In this document: positions 9,914 to 20,532 of the stretch, piece by piece | Layout of the letters: each line of letters begins with the position of its first letter | Position numbering within the stretch: position 1 is the first letter of the stretch | Notes under the pieces: model-generated | Told to the model about the DNA's origin: nothing | Seen by the model: only the letters and a program-made list of their open reading frames with translations | Databases searched by the model: none | NCBI GenBank assembly: GCA_965233585.1 | Contig: CBDDTI010000745.1 | Coordinates: 256,001 to 320,000, forward strand | DNA from: a bacterium | GTDB lineage: Bacteria; SAR324; NAC60-12 | Length of the DNA: 64,000 nt | Reading direction: 5' to 3' | Translations under genes and position numbers: made by a program

Positions 9914-10528
9914 ATGAAGCAAATGCTTGTTGTGATTCTTGGCTTTCTTTTGTTTTTTTCAGGTTGCACTTCTGGACAAGATGAATTGATTAGCACGGCA
10001 GAAGCAAACAATCTGGAGCAAGTGAAGCAATTAGTGGAGTCAGGTGCGTCCATCAACGTGCAAAACAAAGTGGGGCAAAGTGCATTAATCTGGTCTGCCA
10101 TTCACGACAATCAGGACATGGCTCATTTTCTTTTGGCAAAAGGTGCAACAATAGATTTGGCTGAGATTACGGGACAAACAGCGTTGAGCTTCGCCTCTAT
10201 TGCAAACTCACCAAACGTCGCATTGACCTTAGTTCAAGCTGGGGCAAACCTTAATGTGATTGATGATTTTGGTTGGACTCCTCTGATGCTAGCTGCAGAC
10301 AGTGGTAGTCTTGAAACAGCACAGACGTTGTTGAGAAATCAAGCAAATTTATCTGTGACAAGCCCTGACGGTTGGACTGCCCTGACTTTAGCAGCAAGAC
10401 ACCGTGACATAGAACTTGTGAAAATGTTGATGGCATACGGGGCAGATGCACAACTGGCTTGGACGTGGGCTATTGAAAAGCGAGAGATTGAAGTCATTGA
10501 AACCTTACAACTCCTTCAGTCTCAATGA
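9914..10528 (+). CDS. Ankyrin-repeat lipoprotein
   Basis: Lipobox FSGC; repeats GQSALIWSA, GQTALSFA, GWTPLMLAA, GWTALTLAA. Confidence 0.9.
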   Translation: MKQMLVVILGFLLFFSGCTSGQDELISTAEANNLEQVKQLVESGASINVQNKVGQSALIWSAIHDNQDMAHFLLAKGATIDLAEITGQTALSFASIANSPNVALTLVQAGANLNVIDDFGWTPLMLAADSGSLETAQTLLRNQANLSVTSPDGWTALTLAARHRDIELVKMLMAYGADAQLAWTWAIEKREIEVIETLQLLQSQ

Positions 10529-11355
10529 GTCACTGGATTTGCTGGAATGGTGACTTATGTGAGAAAGACCTTGAAACCACTTTGCTCCAAGACCAAGGCT
10601 TTTTACTTGGCGATGGGTTGTTTGAAACTTTACGGATTCACAAACAAAAGATTCTTTTTTGCCAAGAACACTGGCAGAGACTTTTTGAGTCTGCCCAATA
10701 TTTCTCCCTCCATTTTCCATACTCGCTAGACGACATCTTACAGCAAAGCAATCTCGTCATCGCTAAAAATCAAATCAATGAAGGCATTTTACGTTGGACA
10801 TTAAGCAGAGGCATACCAACTCAACGGCTTGCCTTGCAATCTGAACAGACGCAACTTTTGATTGAAACTTTACCCCTACCCCCTCAAATTCAATCTTGGA
10901 AAATTGGGTTTTGTTCGTGGACACGTTCCGCTGATTGCCCCCTCTTCCGACACAAAACATTAAGCTATCTGGAAAACTTGAAAGCACTTGATGAGGGACG
11001 TTCTAAACAGCTTGATGAAGTGATTTTTTGTTCTGAACGCCAAATTCTTTTAGAGGGAACTCGCAGTCATTTGTTTTGGGTTAAAAATCAAAAAGTCTAT
11101 ACTCCATCTCTCAATCTTGCCATTTTGCGTGGAATCACAAGAAAACAAATTATTGACAAACTGGACGCACAAAAAATAGAGGTGATTGAAACAATGGCAA
11201 CTAAATCAGAATTATTTGCCGCTGAGTCTATCTTTATGACCAACTCCCTGTGGGGAGTGATTCCTGTATCTCATCTGGAAAACAAAAAATTGATGAACAC
11301 ATTTTGCATGGCTGACATTTTAGCAAAGGACACAAGGTCAGACTTTGAAAAATGA
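10525..11355 (+). CDS. Aminotransferase class IV (PabC/IlvE-like)
   Basis: DQGFLLGDGLFETLR, HKTLSY, EGTRSHLF, ILRGITR, FMTNSL. Confidence 0.88.
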   Translation: MSHWICWNGDLCEKDLETTLLQDQGFLLGDGLFETLRIHKQKILFCQEHWQRLFESAQYFSLHFPYSLDDILQQSNLVIAKNQINEGILRWTLSRGIPTQRLALQSEQTQLLIETLPLPPQIQSWKIGFCSWTRSADCPLFRHKTLSYLENLKALDEGRSKQLDEVIFCSERQILLEGTRSHLFWVKNQKVYTPSLNLAILRGITRKQIIDKLDAQKIEVIETMATKSELFAAESIFMTNSLWGVIPVSHLENKKLMNTFCMADILAKDTRSDFEK

Positions 11356-11357
11356 AA

Positions 11358-11975
11358 CTATTGTAATTGACTATAAAATCCAAACAAGGCACTGCAAAAA
11401 AACTCAAAATTCTCAATCTCATCATCAAAGGTGAGGCTTTCTAATGTTTCTTCAAAAGCATCGTAAGTGGGAAACATTTTGAAGGCGTCATAAATTTTAA
11501 TTCGGATTCCATGCCTTTTAAGCAAAGGGACAATTTCGTTGACAATCCCATAAATTTCGGTGGGGTCTTCATTTAAGCGGGACAAAACTTGTTGAAAAAA
11601 GAGATGAATCATTTGCCTCAACTTGGTTGAATTTTCTGGCAGACGTCTTGTGGAGAGAAAAGTAGGTTTCTCAGCAGAAGGAGGAGAGACGCTAATTTTA
11701 CGTTTTTCATAAGGTGTTTCTCCATGAGCTAATGCAAGCAAATATCCTGAATCTTTCAGCATTTTGAGTAAATGTTGAACCTCTTCACGTGTCAGCTTTG
11801 CTTCTTGGTTTGCTAAGGTGTTTTTTCTTTCCAAAAAAGGACTATTTTGGTTATGATAGAGGTCATAAGTGGTTGTTCCAGCTTCATAAGCTGGTATTGT
11901 TTGCTTTTTGCTGGGAGGCTTCCGATTGCGGAGGATAGGGGGAAGTTGGGCTTCAGGAATTTTTTTTTGAGACAT
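11358..11975 (-). CDS. Hypothetical protein
   Basis: 205-aa ORF, no recognised motif. Confidence 0.7.
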   Translation of the reverse strand: MSQKKIPEAQLPPILRNRKPPSKKQTIPAYEAGTTTYDLYHNQNSPFLERKNTLANQEAKLTREEVQHLLKMLKDSGYLLALAHGETPYEKRKISVSPPSAEKPTFLSTRRLPENSTKLRQMIHLFFQQVLSRLNEDPTEIYGIVNEIVPLLKRHGIRIKIYDAFKMFPTYDAFEETLESLTFDDEIENFEFFCSALFGFYSQLQ

Positions 11976-12136
11976 GCTAAACTTTGAAAAACTCTCAAAA
12001 AACTCTCAAAAAGGATTTGAAATGAGAGATTTTTTAAATAAGATATTGCAAATCGCGTATGTGATTATCTCATAAAAATTCAAAAAGATTTGGAGAACGT
12101 CATCTATCAAACACAATTTTAAAAAATCGGTTCACT

Positions 12137-15100
12137 ATGAAGTCTCAATTTATTATTTTGTGCAGCGCTTTGGGGCTGTTCCTTTTGCCAAGTCTGGCTT
12201 TGGCTCAAGTCACAACATCTGTGCAAGATGAACCTTTTGGACAAGTGGTTGAGTACAAGGAGGGGGGCAGTCTCCAAAAGATTGAAGTTAAAACAGCAAT
12301 TAAAACTCAAGCACAGTTCAAACTGAGTTTAGCCAATACTTCTACAACTTCCTCCAAAATTTTTACTCTGTCTTCTACTTCTAACTGGCTACAATACGAT
12401 TCTGTTTCTCGTGGGAAAGCTTTTGACCGTGTAACAGGTAGAGATTCTGTTGATGAAAAAACCATCACATTGCCTGCCAGTTCCAATACAACCACCTCCT
12501 TTCAAACTGCCAAACTGATTCACACAGGAAATTATGTTTCTTACCTCCAAGGGTTATCTTCCGTCTTACCTCTTCACTTAAATTTACAAGAATGCGTCAC
12601 TTCGCAAAGTGGGAATCTTTTAGACCCTGCCACTTATGATGGGGGCAGTATTTGTGGCAAACAACAGACCTCGGCAAAAATTGCATCAGGGCATACGGTT
12701 GTTTGGAATAGCACACCGGAGGCTTCTAATGTCATTCATGTCCAAGATGGTGGCATTTTAGAGTTGGCATATACGGGGACGTTTCAAGGTCAAGTCGTTT
12801 TGGAAAAAGGTGCAACTTTAAAAATTACACAAGACACCACCTTGTCAAAATTTAAAATGACTGGCGATGCAACCATTCAAATTGCAGATAGTAGGACTGT
12901 GGAGATTCCTCATCAAATCGGCATTCCATTTCACCAAACACTCACCGTCAGTGGTGGACGGTTGAAGGGTGAAAGAATGGTCATTTATGGCACTTTGACA
13001 ACAGACCAAACGATTATAGAAAATCAAATTTTGGTTGCAAATGGGACGATTCAAACCCAGAAATCAAGCCAAATTTTAGGTGCTATTCAATATGCCGACA
13101 AAGCATTGAAGGAACAACCTAACCATCTACTGAAAGACTTCACTCCTATCCGAGAAGATGACAGAAAAATGATGTATGCCATACACGATTTTGACGGGGA
13201 CGGAGATCAAGATCTTTTCGCAAGAGATGTGAATCATGGGCTGATTTATTATCGCAACGTTGGCACTTTGCAAAAACCTAAATTTGAGAGAAAGCAAATT
13301 CCCAGAGGAATTTATAAGCTCTACGATGTTGGTAGATCCTCTTGGACATACTCCATAGAAACTTTGTATGAGAATCAAATACCTAAGTATATTGCAATTG
13401 GAGCGATCGGAGTTCGGGGGATTTACGAGAACATTGGTAATGCCACAGATTGGAATTTAAAACTTTTAGATCGCACACTAGTGTCAAGTACACCAGTGTA
13501 TTTTATGGATGTGAATGGAGATCATACTTATGAACTGGTCCTGAATTGGTTGGACTTAGAAGTCCTTTCACTCAAAGAATTAAAATTCCTATATGATGAG
13601 AGGTATCCTTTTTATTATCAAGCCATACTAGATGTTGACGGAGATAGAGACCCCGATATGTTTAGTATTGATAACGATCAGGAGGTTCTCACCTATCACC
13701 AAAACATCAGATACGACAGCAGACCGATTGATGCAGAAAAGCAAAAGTTGTATGATTCAGGCGATTTTTTGTCAAGGTGGCAACATTCTCCAGAGGTCTT
13801 TCCAAGCCATGCTTACAAAGAATCTATACCATTTATCAGAGATTTAAACGATGACCAAGTGCCAGAACTTTATCTGCTCACCAAGCTCAATGACCCTATC
13901 CAAGCACTTGAGTTTTTCCCGTACGACAAAGCAACCATTTTCAGCGATAGCAATGAAAGTGTCTTAAAACTTGCAGAATCCCTCACAGTTCCAGAGTATT
14001 CTAAACTTGAAATTTCAGGCTCAAACATTGTCATTCAAGGAGACCTGAACATTCACCCAAAACTCACTCTTCAAACATCAACTCATGTGCAAGGAAACAT
14101 CAGCCTGTACAAAGACTTCACAGCTTTCAAAGATTTGACGATTGCAGGAACAACGACTATAAACGGATCACTTAAGCTTGACCTACGTGAAAATTTTTCA
14201 ACAAAAAATTTGGCGATTCTTGAAAAGTTCAATCCTTTGAATACTCCCACTATGGCAATAGAAAATAGCTTTGGAAAAGATTTTAAGATTGAAAAGCAAC
14301 TGACTGCTAAACATGTTCTTCTGGGAATCACAGGAGGGCGTGTGTTTTTGCCTGAAGTGATAGACCTAGAAGATTCAGCTTTAATGATCGTTCCCAATTC
14401 ATTTCACAATTCTATCAAAACACTCAACCTAGCCAGTGGGAATGTAACATTGAATGTCAATATTGCTCGCCTCAATTCAAGCGGAACAGCCGTTGTGTCA
14501 AATGCTCAAATAGATGAGCTTGTCACACGTGACAACCTGAGATTAAGAAATGCAACAATCAACAACAACTTTCATTTGAACGACCCGAATGCTCTGCTGA
14601 AGCTGGAGGGGGACAACACTTGGAAGGGGAAGTTTCATTTGGAGAAAGGGACGTTTGAAGCCGTTGGAACTGACACAACCTTTGAAGCCCCAGTAGAAAT
14701 TGCAACAACTGCAACTTTTACACAACAATACAACAGACCTACTGTGAAGTTTCAGCAATCAACAACGCTTTCTGGCGTAGTCAATTTTGAAACCTTTGAC
14801 TTTCCCAGAGACCACAGTATCTTTTTTGAAGCTCCTTTGACTATCAGTGGAGCTTTAAAAAATACTGGTAACTTGAGAACTTCGGACACGACCTTGATTC
14901 AGGAATCTGGAACATTGACAAACAATGGTTCGGCAAACTTCCAGAAGTCATTGATTTTGAATGGGAAGTTAGAAAGTTATGGACCATTGTACATTGGTAA
15001 TATTGAGTTTGGAAAGGGGCAACTTTTTTCCGATGGTGTAGCGGTGACCTTTGCAAGTCAAGAAACCCTTTTTCAAAGAGAACCTGAGACAATACCCAAA

Positions 15101-18100
15101 TCAGGAATTGGTGTGGCACTTGTACAACTACCAACAGGGACGTTTCAAATCCATTCTATTCTCCCAGGCGGTGCGGCAGACAAACACGGCTTCTTAAAAC
15201 CCCAAGACTCCATTCTCCAAGTTTCACAAGATGGAATCACCTTTGAAAGTGTGGTCGGCTGGACAATGGCAGATTTGATCAGTAAATTGACAGGTCCTGA
15301 AGACTCTACCGTTTGGCTTGAAATTAACAGACAAACGCCCAGCGCTTTGGTGACTCACAAAATCAATCTCGTTAGAAAACCTGTGATTCAAAGGGAAGTC
15401 ACTGCTCGTTTTGAAGAAAGTGGAATCTCTACTACAAAGCCTTCTCATACTTGGAAAATTGGGAAACATGCCAAAGTAGAAGTAGAAGGAGGAATCATGC
15501 GAAAAATTGCTATTCCTGAGATTCAAGGTGAATTGTCACTTAAAAATGTGAGGTGGTTTGCTCGAAAAGACATTTCTATCGCTTCTGGTGGGATTTTGAA
15601 AAACGAAGGCTGGGGTCTTTCTTTTGACAACCTGAAACTTGATGGAATTTTAGAAAGCAAGCAAGGAGATCTTGATTTTCGTCAATTGACATTAGGAGAA
15701 GGTGTCCTTCGTATTGAAGGAGGTCAAACTAAGTTCCCCATCGCTACTTCAATCACTTTTACAGGTCAGCATACTTTTAGGAATGTTGACATTCAAACCA
15801 GAAGAACAGGTTCAACAAGTGTCTGGAATATAGGAAAGAACACCAAGTTATCCATAGACGGAGGGTCAGTGAAAGACATAGAACTTGGTGAGATTCAAAG
15901 TGATTTTTCTTGGGAGAACGCTGTCATCAACATTCAAAAAACAGAAACTACTGTCCATGACAAAATCACCTTCAAGAACAAAGGTGGTGATGTTCGCTTC
16001 AAACATTTCAAACTTGATGGAACGTTTGAAAATACAAACGGCAATGTTGCCTTTGAAAAACTGACCATCGGGTCAACTGGTCATTTTCAAGTAACCGGCG
16101 GAACAATGAAATTCCCCATCGCCACTTCAGTGACTTTTACAGGTCAACACACTTTTAGGAATGTTGACATTCAGACAATCACAGCAGGTTCTACAAGCGT
16201 TTGGAATATAGGAAAGAACACCAAGTTATCCATAGACGGAGGGTCAGTGAAAGACATAGAGCTTGGTGAAATTCAAAGTGATTTTTCTTGGGAGAATGCT
16301 GTCATCAACATTCAAAAAACAGAAACTACTGTCCATGACAAAATCACCTTCAAGAACAAAGGGGGTGATGTTCGCTTCAAACACTTCAAACTTGATGGGA
16401 CATTTGAAAATACAGACGGCAATGTTGCCTTTGAAAAACTGACCATCGGCTCAACTGGTAGCGTTCAGGCAACTGGTGGAACAATGAAATTCCCCATCGC
16501 CACTTCAGTTACTTTTGCAGGTCAGCATACTTTTAGGAATGTTGACATTCAGACCATCACAGCAGGGTCAACAAGCGTCTGGAATATAGGAAAGAACACC
16601 AAGTTATCCATAGACGGAGGGTCAGTGAAAGACATAGAACTTGGTGAGATTCAAAGTGATTTTTCTTGGGAAAATGCTGTCATCAACATTCAAAAGACAG
16701 AAACTACTGTGCATGACAAAATCACCTTCAAGAATAAAGGGGGAGATGTTCGCTTCAAACACTTCAAACTTGATGGGACATTTGAAAATACAGACGGCAA
16801 TGTTGCCTTTGAAAGATTGACAATCGGCTCAACTGGTAGCATTCAGGCAACTGGTGGAACAATGAAATTCCCCATCGCCACTTCAGTCACTTTCGTTGCA
16901 GGAACAAAAGCAAGGTTTGTCAATGTAGATTTAAGCTCATTAGTTGCAGGACAAAAAAGTGTGTGGTTCATAGACGACAAAGCGACTGTGGAAATCATTG
17001 GCGGTTCAATCCAAGATATTGAAATCAAAACAGGATTGCTTTCAACCAAAGGAACAGAAGACAAAGGAGGCAATACAAATCTGATTACAGGAGGGTCAGG
17101 TAAGAAAACTGTGCAAACAGGCAACACTAAAGTCAGTGTTCCTGCCGATGAAATCAAAGAAAACCCTGATAAATCCGTCACTTTTACCAAAAAGACGAAA
17201 GAAGGCAAAACTGAAACAACACTTTATTCTGATGGTAAAGTACAAATTAAAAAAACAACTACAAGGCAGGGTAAACAGATTGAAACAGAAGTGGAAGCTC
17301 CTCCAAATTCAAAAACTGACACCGATGAAAAATCTGGTATTACTGTGACAGAAAGTCAGCTGGTTCAGCTCTCCAGAGGTCGGACTTCCCAAACAAAAAC
17401 CTCACTTTATCCTGATGGCAAAGTGAAACATGAAACGATTATTACCTCCTCTACTGGTCAAAAGACAATTACTGAAACCAAAGTGCCAGAAGGAGTGAAA
17501 GTAGAGATTGCCTCTTCAGGATACTCCGCCATCGCAGTATCTGACTTTTTAGATGTTGCCGACCCAAAACTTCAGGTAGAAGTGACAAAAATTGAATCGT
17601 TGATAGGATTAGAAGGACGCACTCAAACATTGATTTATACCCAAGACCAAGATGACCCCACTGTCATTGATGCTCCTCTTGCTGTCAAAACTCAAATACA
17701 CCCACTTGCCACAGTTCAGCAATACATTCCTTCTCAACTGGTCAATCAAGTCTCTTCAAACGTCTATCTTTCTGCAAACCGAAAAGGGCAGCTGTTTTCT
17801 TCCTATCACACCAAAGATAAAGATCAAAAATTATTGACTGCCCAAGCCTATCCTGTTTTTGAAAATGGTGCTGATGTCAAAGCAAGTTTTCATTCGGGGC
17901 AGGGACAACTAATTTTGGTGGGTCAAGTTGCAAACCCTTTCATAAATGAACCAAATCTTTTAGTAGGGAAAGACTATGCAACAGGAGACTATGTTCATTT
18001 ATCCGAACGTTCTGCTGATTTTGAGCTGCGGATAGAAAGGAATCTGTTAGAGCCTTTCAATCAAATGTCTGTGGAACAAGGCACTGCGTTTTTAGTGCAA

Positions 18101-18928
18101 AGCACGCAAAGGTTGCCATTGAGAAATGGCAATGCTTTCAACACCAATAGTGAAGCAATTCATATTCCTGCCCAAAAAGATTGGACTCTTCTATCTTTGC
18201 CCATTCAACAAAATTTAAATCTTTTGCAACGAGAATTATTTCTTGCTCAATTTAGTGAATTGAAAGTCTATCAAAAAGGCAAATGGCTGATGGAGACCCC
18301 AAATGGTCGTGAGCATCACAACAACGTTGGAACACTTGCTAAAAATCAAGGTTTCTGGGCAAAACAAGACGAGGCAAGAGCTTTAAACTTATTAGGCACT
18401 GCCGCAGAGGAAGCAGAAATGTCTCTACCCCCTGAAAATTCAGGGTGGCATCTGCTTGGTGTGTCAAAAACCATGTCTCTTGATGAACTACAAGTTTTAT
18501 TAAGCTCTCAAGACGACCCCCAACCCACTTCACAAGCGCTGCCATCAAGTTTGCCTATGACAACAGCATTTGCTTTTGCTTTGGTGTTGCCCCTTGTCAG
18601 TATCAGGCATAAAAGGCAAAAATTGTTGTTAGGTCTAATCGTTCTTTTATTGGTGTCTTGCGCCCCTGAATCTAGTGTCCCTTCCTCCTCAGAACCAGCA
18701 GCAGAAAGTGAACAACCTGTCCAAAAGCAAGCTGGAGATGTTCCAACTTCAGTGATTTGGAAACAAAAAAACAACACTTGGCAAGTCTATTCTTCCCACG
18801 AAGAAACAATGAAAACTCTGCAAGACAAGGGTTTTGAGCAGATTGAAAAAGTTCATGCAGGAGAAGGTCTTTGGATCAACCAAACTTGGACTTCTCTTGC
18901 CACAACCACCCCTCCTCAAGTTCAATAA
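12137..18928 (+). CDS. Giant secreted mosaic protein (FG-GAP/VCBS-like motifs, beta-helical regions, PDZ domain, 3x126-aa repeats)
   Basis: Signal peptide ..ALA-Q; DFDGDGDQDL, DVDGDRDPD motifs; SGIGVAL...PGGAADK.G.L...D.IL.V PDZ; internal repeats. Confidence 0.85.
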   Translation: MKSQFIILCSALGLFLLPSLALAQVTTSVQDEPFGQVVEYKEGGSLQKIEVKTAIKTQAQFKLSLANTSTTSSKIFTLSSTSNWLQYDSVSRGKAFDRVTGRDSVDEKTITLPASSNTTTSFQTAKLIHTGNYVSYLQGLSSVLPLHLNLQECVTSQSGNLLDPATYDGGSICGKQQTSAKIASGHTVVWNSTPEASNVIHVQDGGILELAYTGTFQGQVVLEKGATLKITQDTTLSKFKMTGDATIQIADSRTVEIPHQIGIPFHQTLTVSGGRLKGERMVIYGTLTTDQTIIENQILVANGTIQTQKSSQILGAIQYADKALKEQPNHLLKDFTPIREDDRKMMYAIHDFDGDGDQDLFARDVNHGLIYYRNVGTLQKPKFERKQIPRGIYKLYDVGRSSWTYSIETLYENQIPKYIAIGAIGVRGIYENIGNATDWNLKLLDRTLVSSTPVYFMDVNGDHTYELVLNWLDLEVLSLKELKFLYDERYPFYYQAILDVDGDRDPDMFSIDNDQEVLTYHQNIRYDSRPIDAEKQKLYDSGDFLSRWQHSPEVFPSHAYKESIPFIRDLNDDQVPELYLLTKLNDPIQALEFFPYDKATIFSDSNESVLKLAESLTVPEYSKLEISGSNIVIQGDLNIHPKLTLQTSTHVQGNISLYKDFTAFKDLTIAGTTTINGSLKLDLRENFSTKNLAILEKFNPLNTPTMAIENSFGKDFKIEKQLTAKHVLLGITGGRVFLPEVIDLEDSALMIVPNSFHNSIKTLNLASGNVTLNVNIARLNSSGTAVVSNAQIDELVTRDNLRLRNATINNNFHLNDPNALLKLEGDNTWKGKFHLEKGTFEAVGTDTTFEAPVEIATTATFTQQYNRPTVKFQQSTTLSGVVNFETFDFPRDHSIFFEAPLTISGALKNTGNLRTSDTTLIQESGTLTNNGSANFQKSLILNGKLESYGPLYIGNIEFGKGQLFSDGVAVTFASQETLFQREPETIPKSGIGVALVQLPTGTFQIHSILPGGAADKHGFLKPQDSILQVSQDGITFESVVGWTMADLISKLTGPEDSTVWLEINRQTPSALVTHKINLVRKPVIQREVTARFEESGISTTKPSHTWKIGKHAKVEVEGGIMRKIAIPEIQGELSLKNVRWFARKDISIASGGILKNEGWGLSFDNLKLDGILESKQGDLDFRQLTLGEGVLRIEGGQTKFPIATSITFTGQHTFRNVDIQTRRTGSTSVWNIGKNTKLSIDGGSVKDIELGEIQSDFSWENAVINIQKTETTVHDKITFKNKGGDVRFKHFKLDGTFENTNGNVAFEKLTIGSTGHFQVTGGTMKFPIATSVTFTGQHTFRNVDIQTITAGSTSVWNIGKNTKLSIDGGSVKDIELGEIQSDFSWENAVINIQKTETTVHDKITFKNKGGDVRFKHFKLDGTFENTDGNVAFEKLTIGSTGSVQATGGTMKFPIATSVTFAGQHTFRNVDIQTITAGSTSVWNIGKNTKLSIDGGSVKDIELGEIQSDFSWENAVINIQKTETTVHDKITFKNKGGDVRFKHFKLDGTFENTDGNVAFERLTIGSTGSIQATGGTMKFPIATSVTFVAGTKARFVNVDLSSLVAGQKSVWFIDDKATVEIIGGSIQDIEIKTGLLSTKGTEDKGGNTNLITGGSGKKTVQTGNTKVSVPADEIKENPDKSVTFTKKTKEGKTETTLYSDGKVQIKKTTTRQGKQIETEVEAPPNSKTDTDEKSGITVTESQLVQLSRGRTSQTKTSLYPDGKVKHETIITSSTGQKTITETKVPEGVKVEIASSGYSAIAVSDFLDVADPKLQVEVTKIESLIGLEGRTQTLIYTQDQDDPTVIDAPLAVKTQIHPLATVQQYIPSQLVNQVSSNVYLSANRKGQLFSSYHTKDKDQKLLTAQAYPVFENGADVKASFHSGQGQLILVGQVANPFINEPNLLVGKDYATGDYVHLSERSADFELRIERNLLEPFNQMSVEQGTAFLVQSTQRLPLRNGNAFNTNSEAIHIPAQKDWTLLSLPIQQNLNLLQRELFLAQFSELKVYQKGKWLMETPNGREHHNNVGTLAKNQGFWAKQDEARALNLLGTAAEEAEMSLPPENSGWHLLGVSKTMSLDELQVLLSSQDDPQPTSQALPSSLPMTTAFAFALVLPLVSIRHKRQKLLLGLIVLLLVSCAPESSVPSSSEPAAESEQPVQKQAGDVPTSVIWKQKNNTWQVYSSHEETMKTLQDKGFEQIEKVHAGEGLWINQTWTSLATTTPPQVQ
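15734..16890 (+). repeat. Three near-identical 378-bp (126-aa) tandem repeats
   Basis: TTCCCCATCGC recurs at 15734, 16112, 16490, 16868. Confidence 0.95.
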
Positions 18929-18939
18929 AAAGCAGGTAC

Positions 18940-18968
18940 TTGAAACTCGTTTGATTTACCTCTATACT
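18940..18968 (+). promoter_or_regulatory. Putative sigma70 promoter for ribBA
   Basis: TTGAAA-17 nt-TATACT. Confidence 0.6.
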
Positions 18969-19097
18969 ATCTTGCTTGTTTATTAAAACTTCATAAGATG
19001 ACCCTATTGATTTGTGTTCGTTCTGAATTGAGAGAGTTTCGGTTTTTCTTTCAAAGAGATGAACGTTCAGATCTCCGCCAAAATATAAAAAAGAATT

Positions 19098-20309
19098 ATG
19101 CGTTTTGACTCTATTGAAGAAGCAATCACTGACATTCAATCTGGAAAGATGATTGTTTTAGTGGATGACGAAGAACGAGAAAATGAAGGAGACCTGGTTT
19201 GTGCGGCTCAAAAAGTCACACCCAAAGTGATTAACTTCATGTCAAAGTACGGTCGCGGTTTGATCTGCTTAGCTTTGAATGGCGAGCAAACGGAACAACT
19301 CCAGCTTGCTTTGATGTCTCCAAAAAATGAATCAAAATTTGCAACCAATTTTACAACAAGCATTGAAGCCGCTACAGGAGTTACGACTGGTATTTCTGCC
19401 GCAGACCGTTCTCATACTATCTTGACAGCCATCAAACCTGATGCCTCTCCTTCTGACATTGTCTCACCTGGGCATATCTTTCCTATTCGTGCCAAAAACG
19501 GAGGGGTTCTGGAACGTGCAGGTCAAACAGAGGGGGCTGTGGACCTTGCCCGTTTAGCTGGCATGAACCCTAGCGGTGTGATTTGTGAGATTATGAATGA
19601 TGATGGCACGATGGCAAGATGCCCTGAACTCAGACAGTTTGCTGATAAGCATCAACTCAAATTGGTGACAATCGCAGATTTGATTAAATACCGCAAAAAA
19701 AATGAGACACTCATTCAGCAAGTGGCAGAGTCTAAATTACCCACTCAATTTGGCACATTTCGTTTGAAAGGTTTTCAAAGTTTGATTGACCAAAGCGAAT
19801 ATATTGCATTGGTAATGGGGGATATTTCACCTGAAGAACCGATTTTGACAAGAGTCCACTCCCAATGCGTGACAGGTGATATTTTTGGGTCTTTCCGTTG
19901 TGATTGTGGAAAACAACTTCATGCCGCCTTAAATCAAATCTCCAAAGAACAACGAGGAGTCTTGCTTTATTTGCCACAAGAAGGGAGAGGTATTGGTTTA
20001 CTGAACAAAATCCGTGCTTATCACTTGCAAGATCATGGAGCTGACACAGTAGAAGCCAACAAACAACTTGGTTTTGGAGCAGATTTAAGGGATTACGGAC
20101 TAGGTGCGCAGGCATTGGCTCAGCTAGGCTTGAAAAAGCTAAGACTCATGACAAACAACCCTAAAAAAATTGTAGGTCTGGAAGGACACAGTTTGGAAGT
20201 CGTAGAACGAGTCCCCTTAGAAATTGAGGCACATTCTGAAAATGCGGATTATTTACAAACCAAAAAAGAGAAGATGGGGCATTTGCTAGAAGGCATCAGA
20301 CATTCTTGA
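19098..20309 (+). CDS. ribBA: Bifunctional DHBP synthase / GTP cyclohydrolase II
   Basis: DDEERENEGD, GHIFP, RVHSQCVTGD.FGS.RCDCG, QEGRGIGL, TNNPKK. Confidence 0.97.
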   Translation: MRFDSIEEAITDIQSGKMIVLVDDEERENEGDLVCAAQKVTPKVINFMSKYGRGLICLALNGEQTEQLQLALMSPKNESKFATNFTTSIEAATGVTTGISAADRSHTILTAIKPDASPSDIVSPGHIFPIRAKNGGVLERAGQTEGAVDLARLAGMNPSGVICEIMNDDGTMARCPELRQFADKHQLKLVTIADLIKYRKKNETLIQQVAESKLPTQFGTFRLKGFQSLIDQSEYIALVMGDISPEEPILTRVHSQCVTGDIFGSFRCDCGKQLHAALNQISKEQRGVLLYLPQEGRGIGLLNKIRAYHLQDHGADTVEANKQLGFGADLRDYGLGAQALAQLGLKKLRLMTNNPKKIVGLEGHSLEVVERVPLEIEAHSENADYLQTKKEKMGHLLEGIRHS

Positions 20310-20532
20310 AGCAGAAATTTGCCATGATTTATCACAGATTGTAAACATGAAGTAGCACCAAATAAATTTGATTTTGATAAGACTTTTCAAAGAAAGCCTT
20401 ATCATTTTCTCAAGTAGAGGCTTGCTGCTAGTTCAGTTAGCCACAAAAAACTTGCAACATCTGAATCCTTTGTAATACCATCATTAGCATCATTGATTAT
20501 TGAGTGCTAACTTACTTTTATCAATTTCACCT

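Noticed and set aside
11987..12012. Short tandem AAAACTCTCAA x2 in divergent promoter region
   Set aside because: Only two low-complexity copies; cannot support a regulatory call
18929..19097. FMN riboswitch upstream of ribBA
   Set aside because: Conserved RFN motifs (AGGGC.GGG.GAAATTCCC.ACCG) are absent; only a small hairpin near 19056-19075
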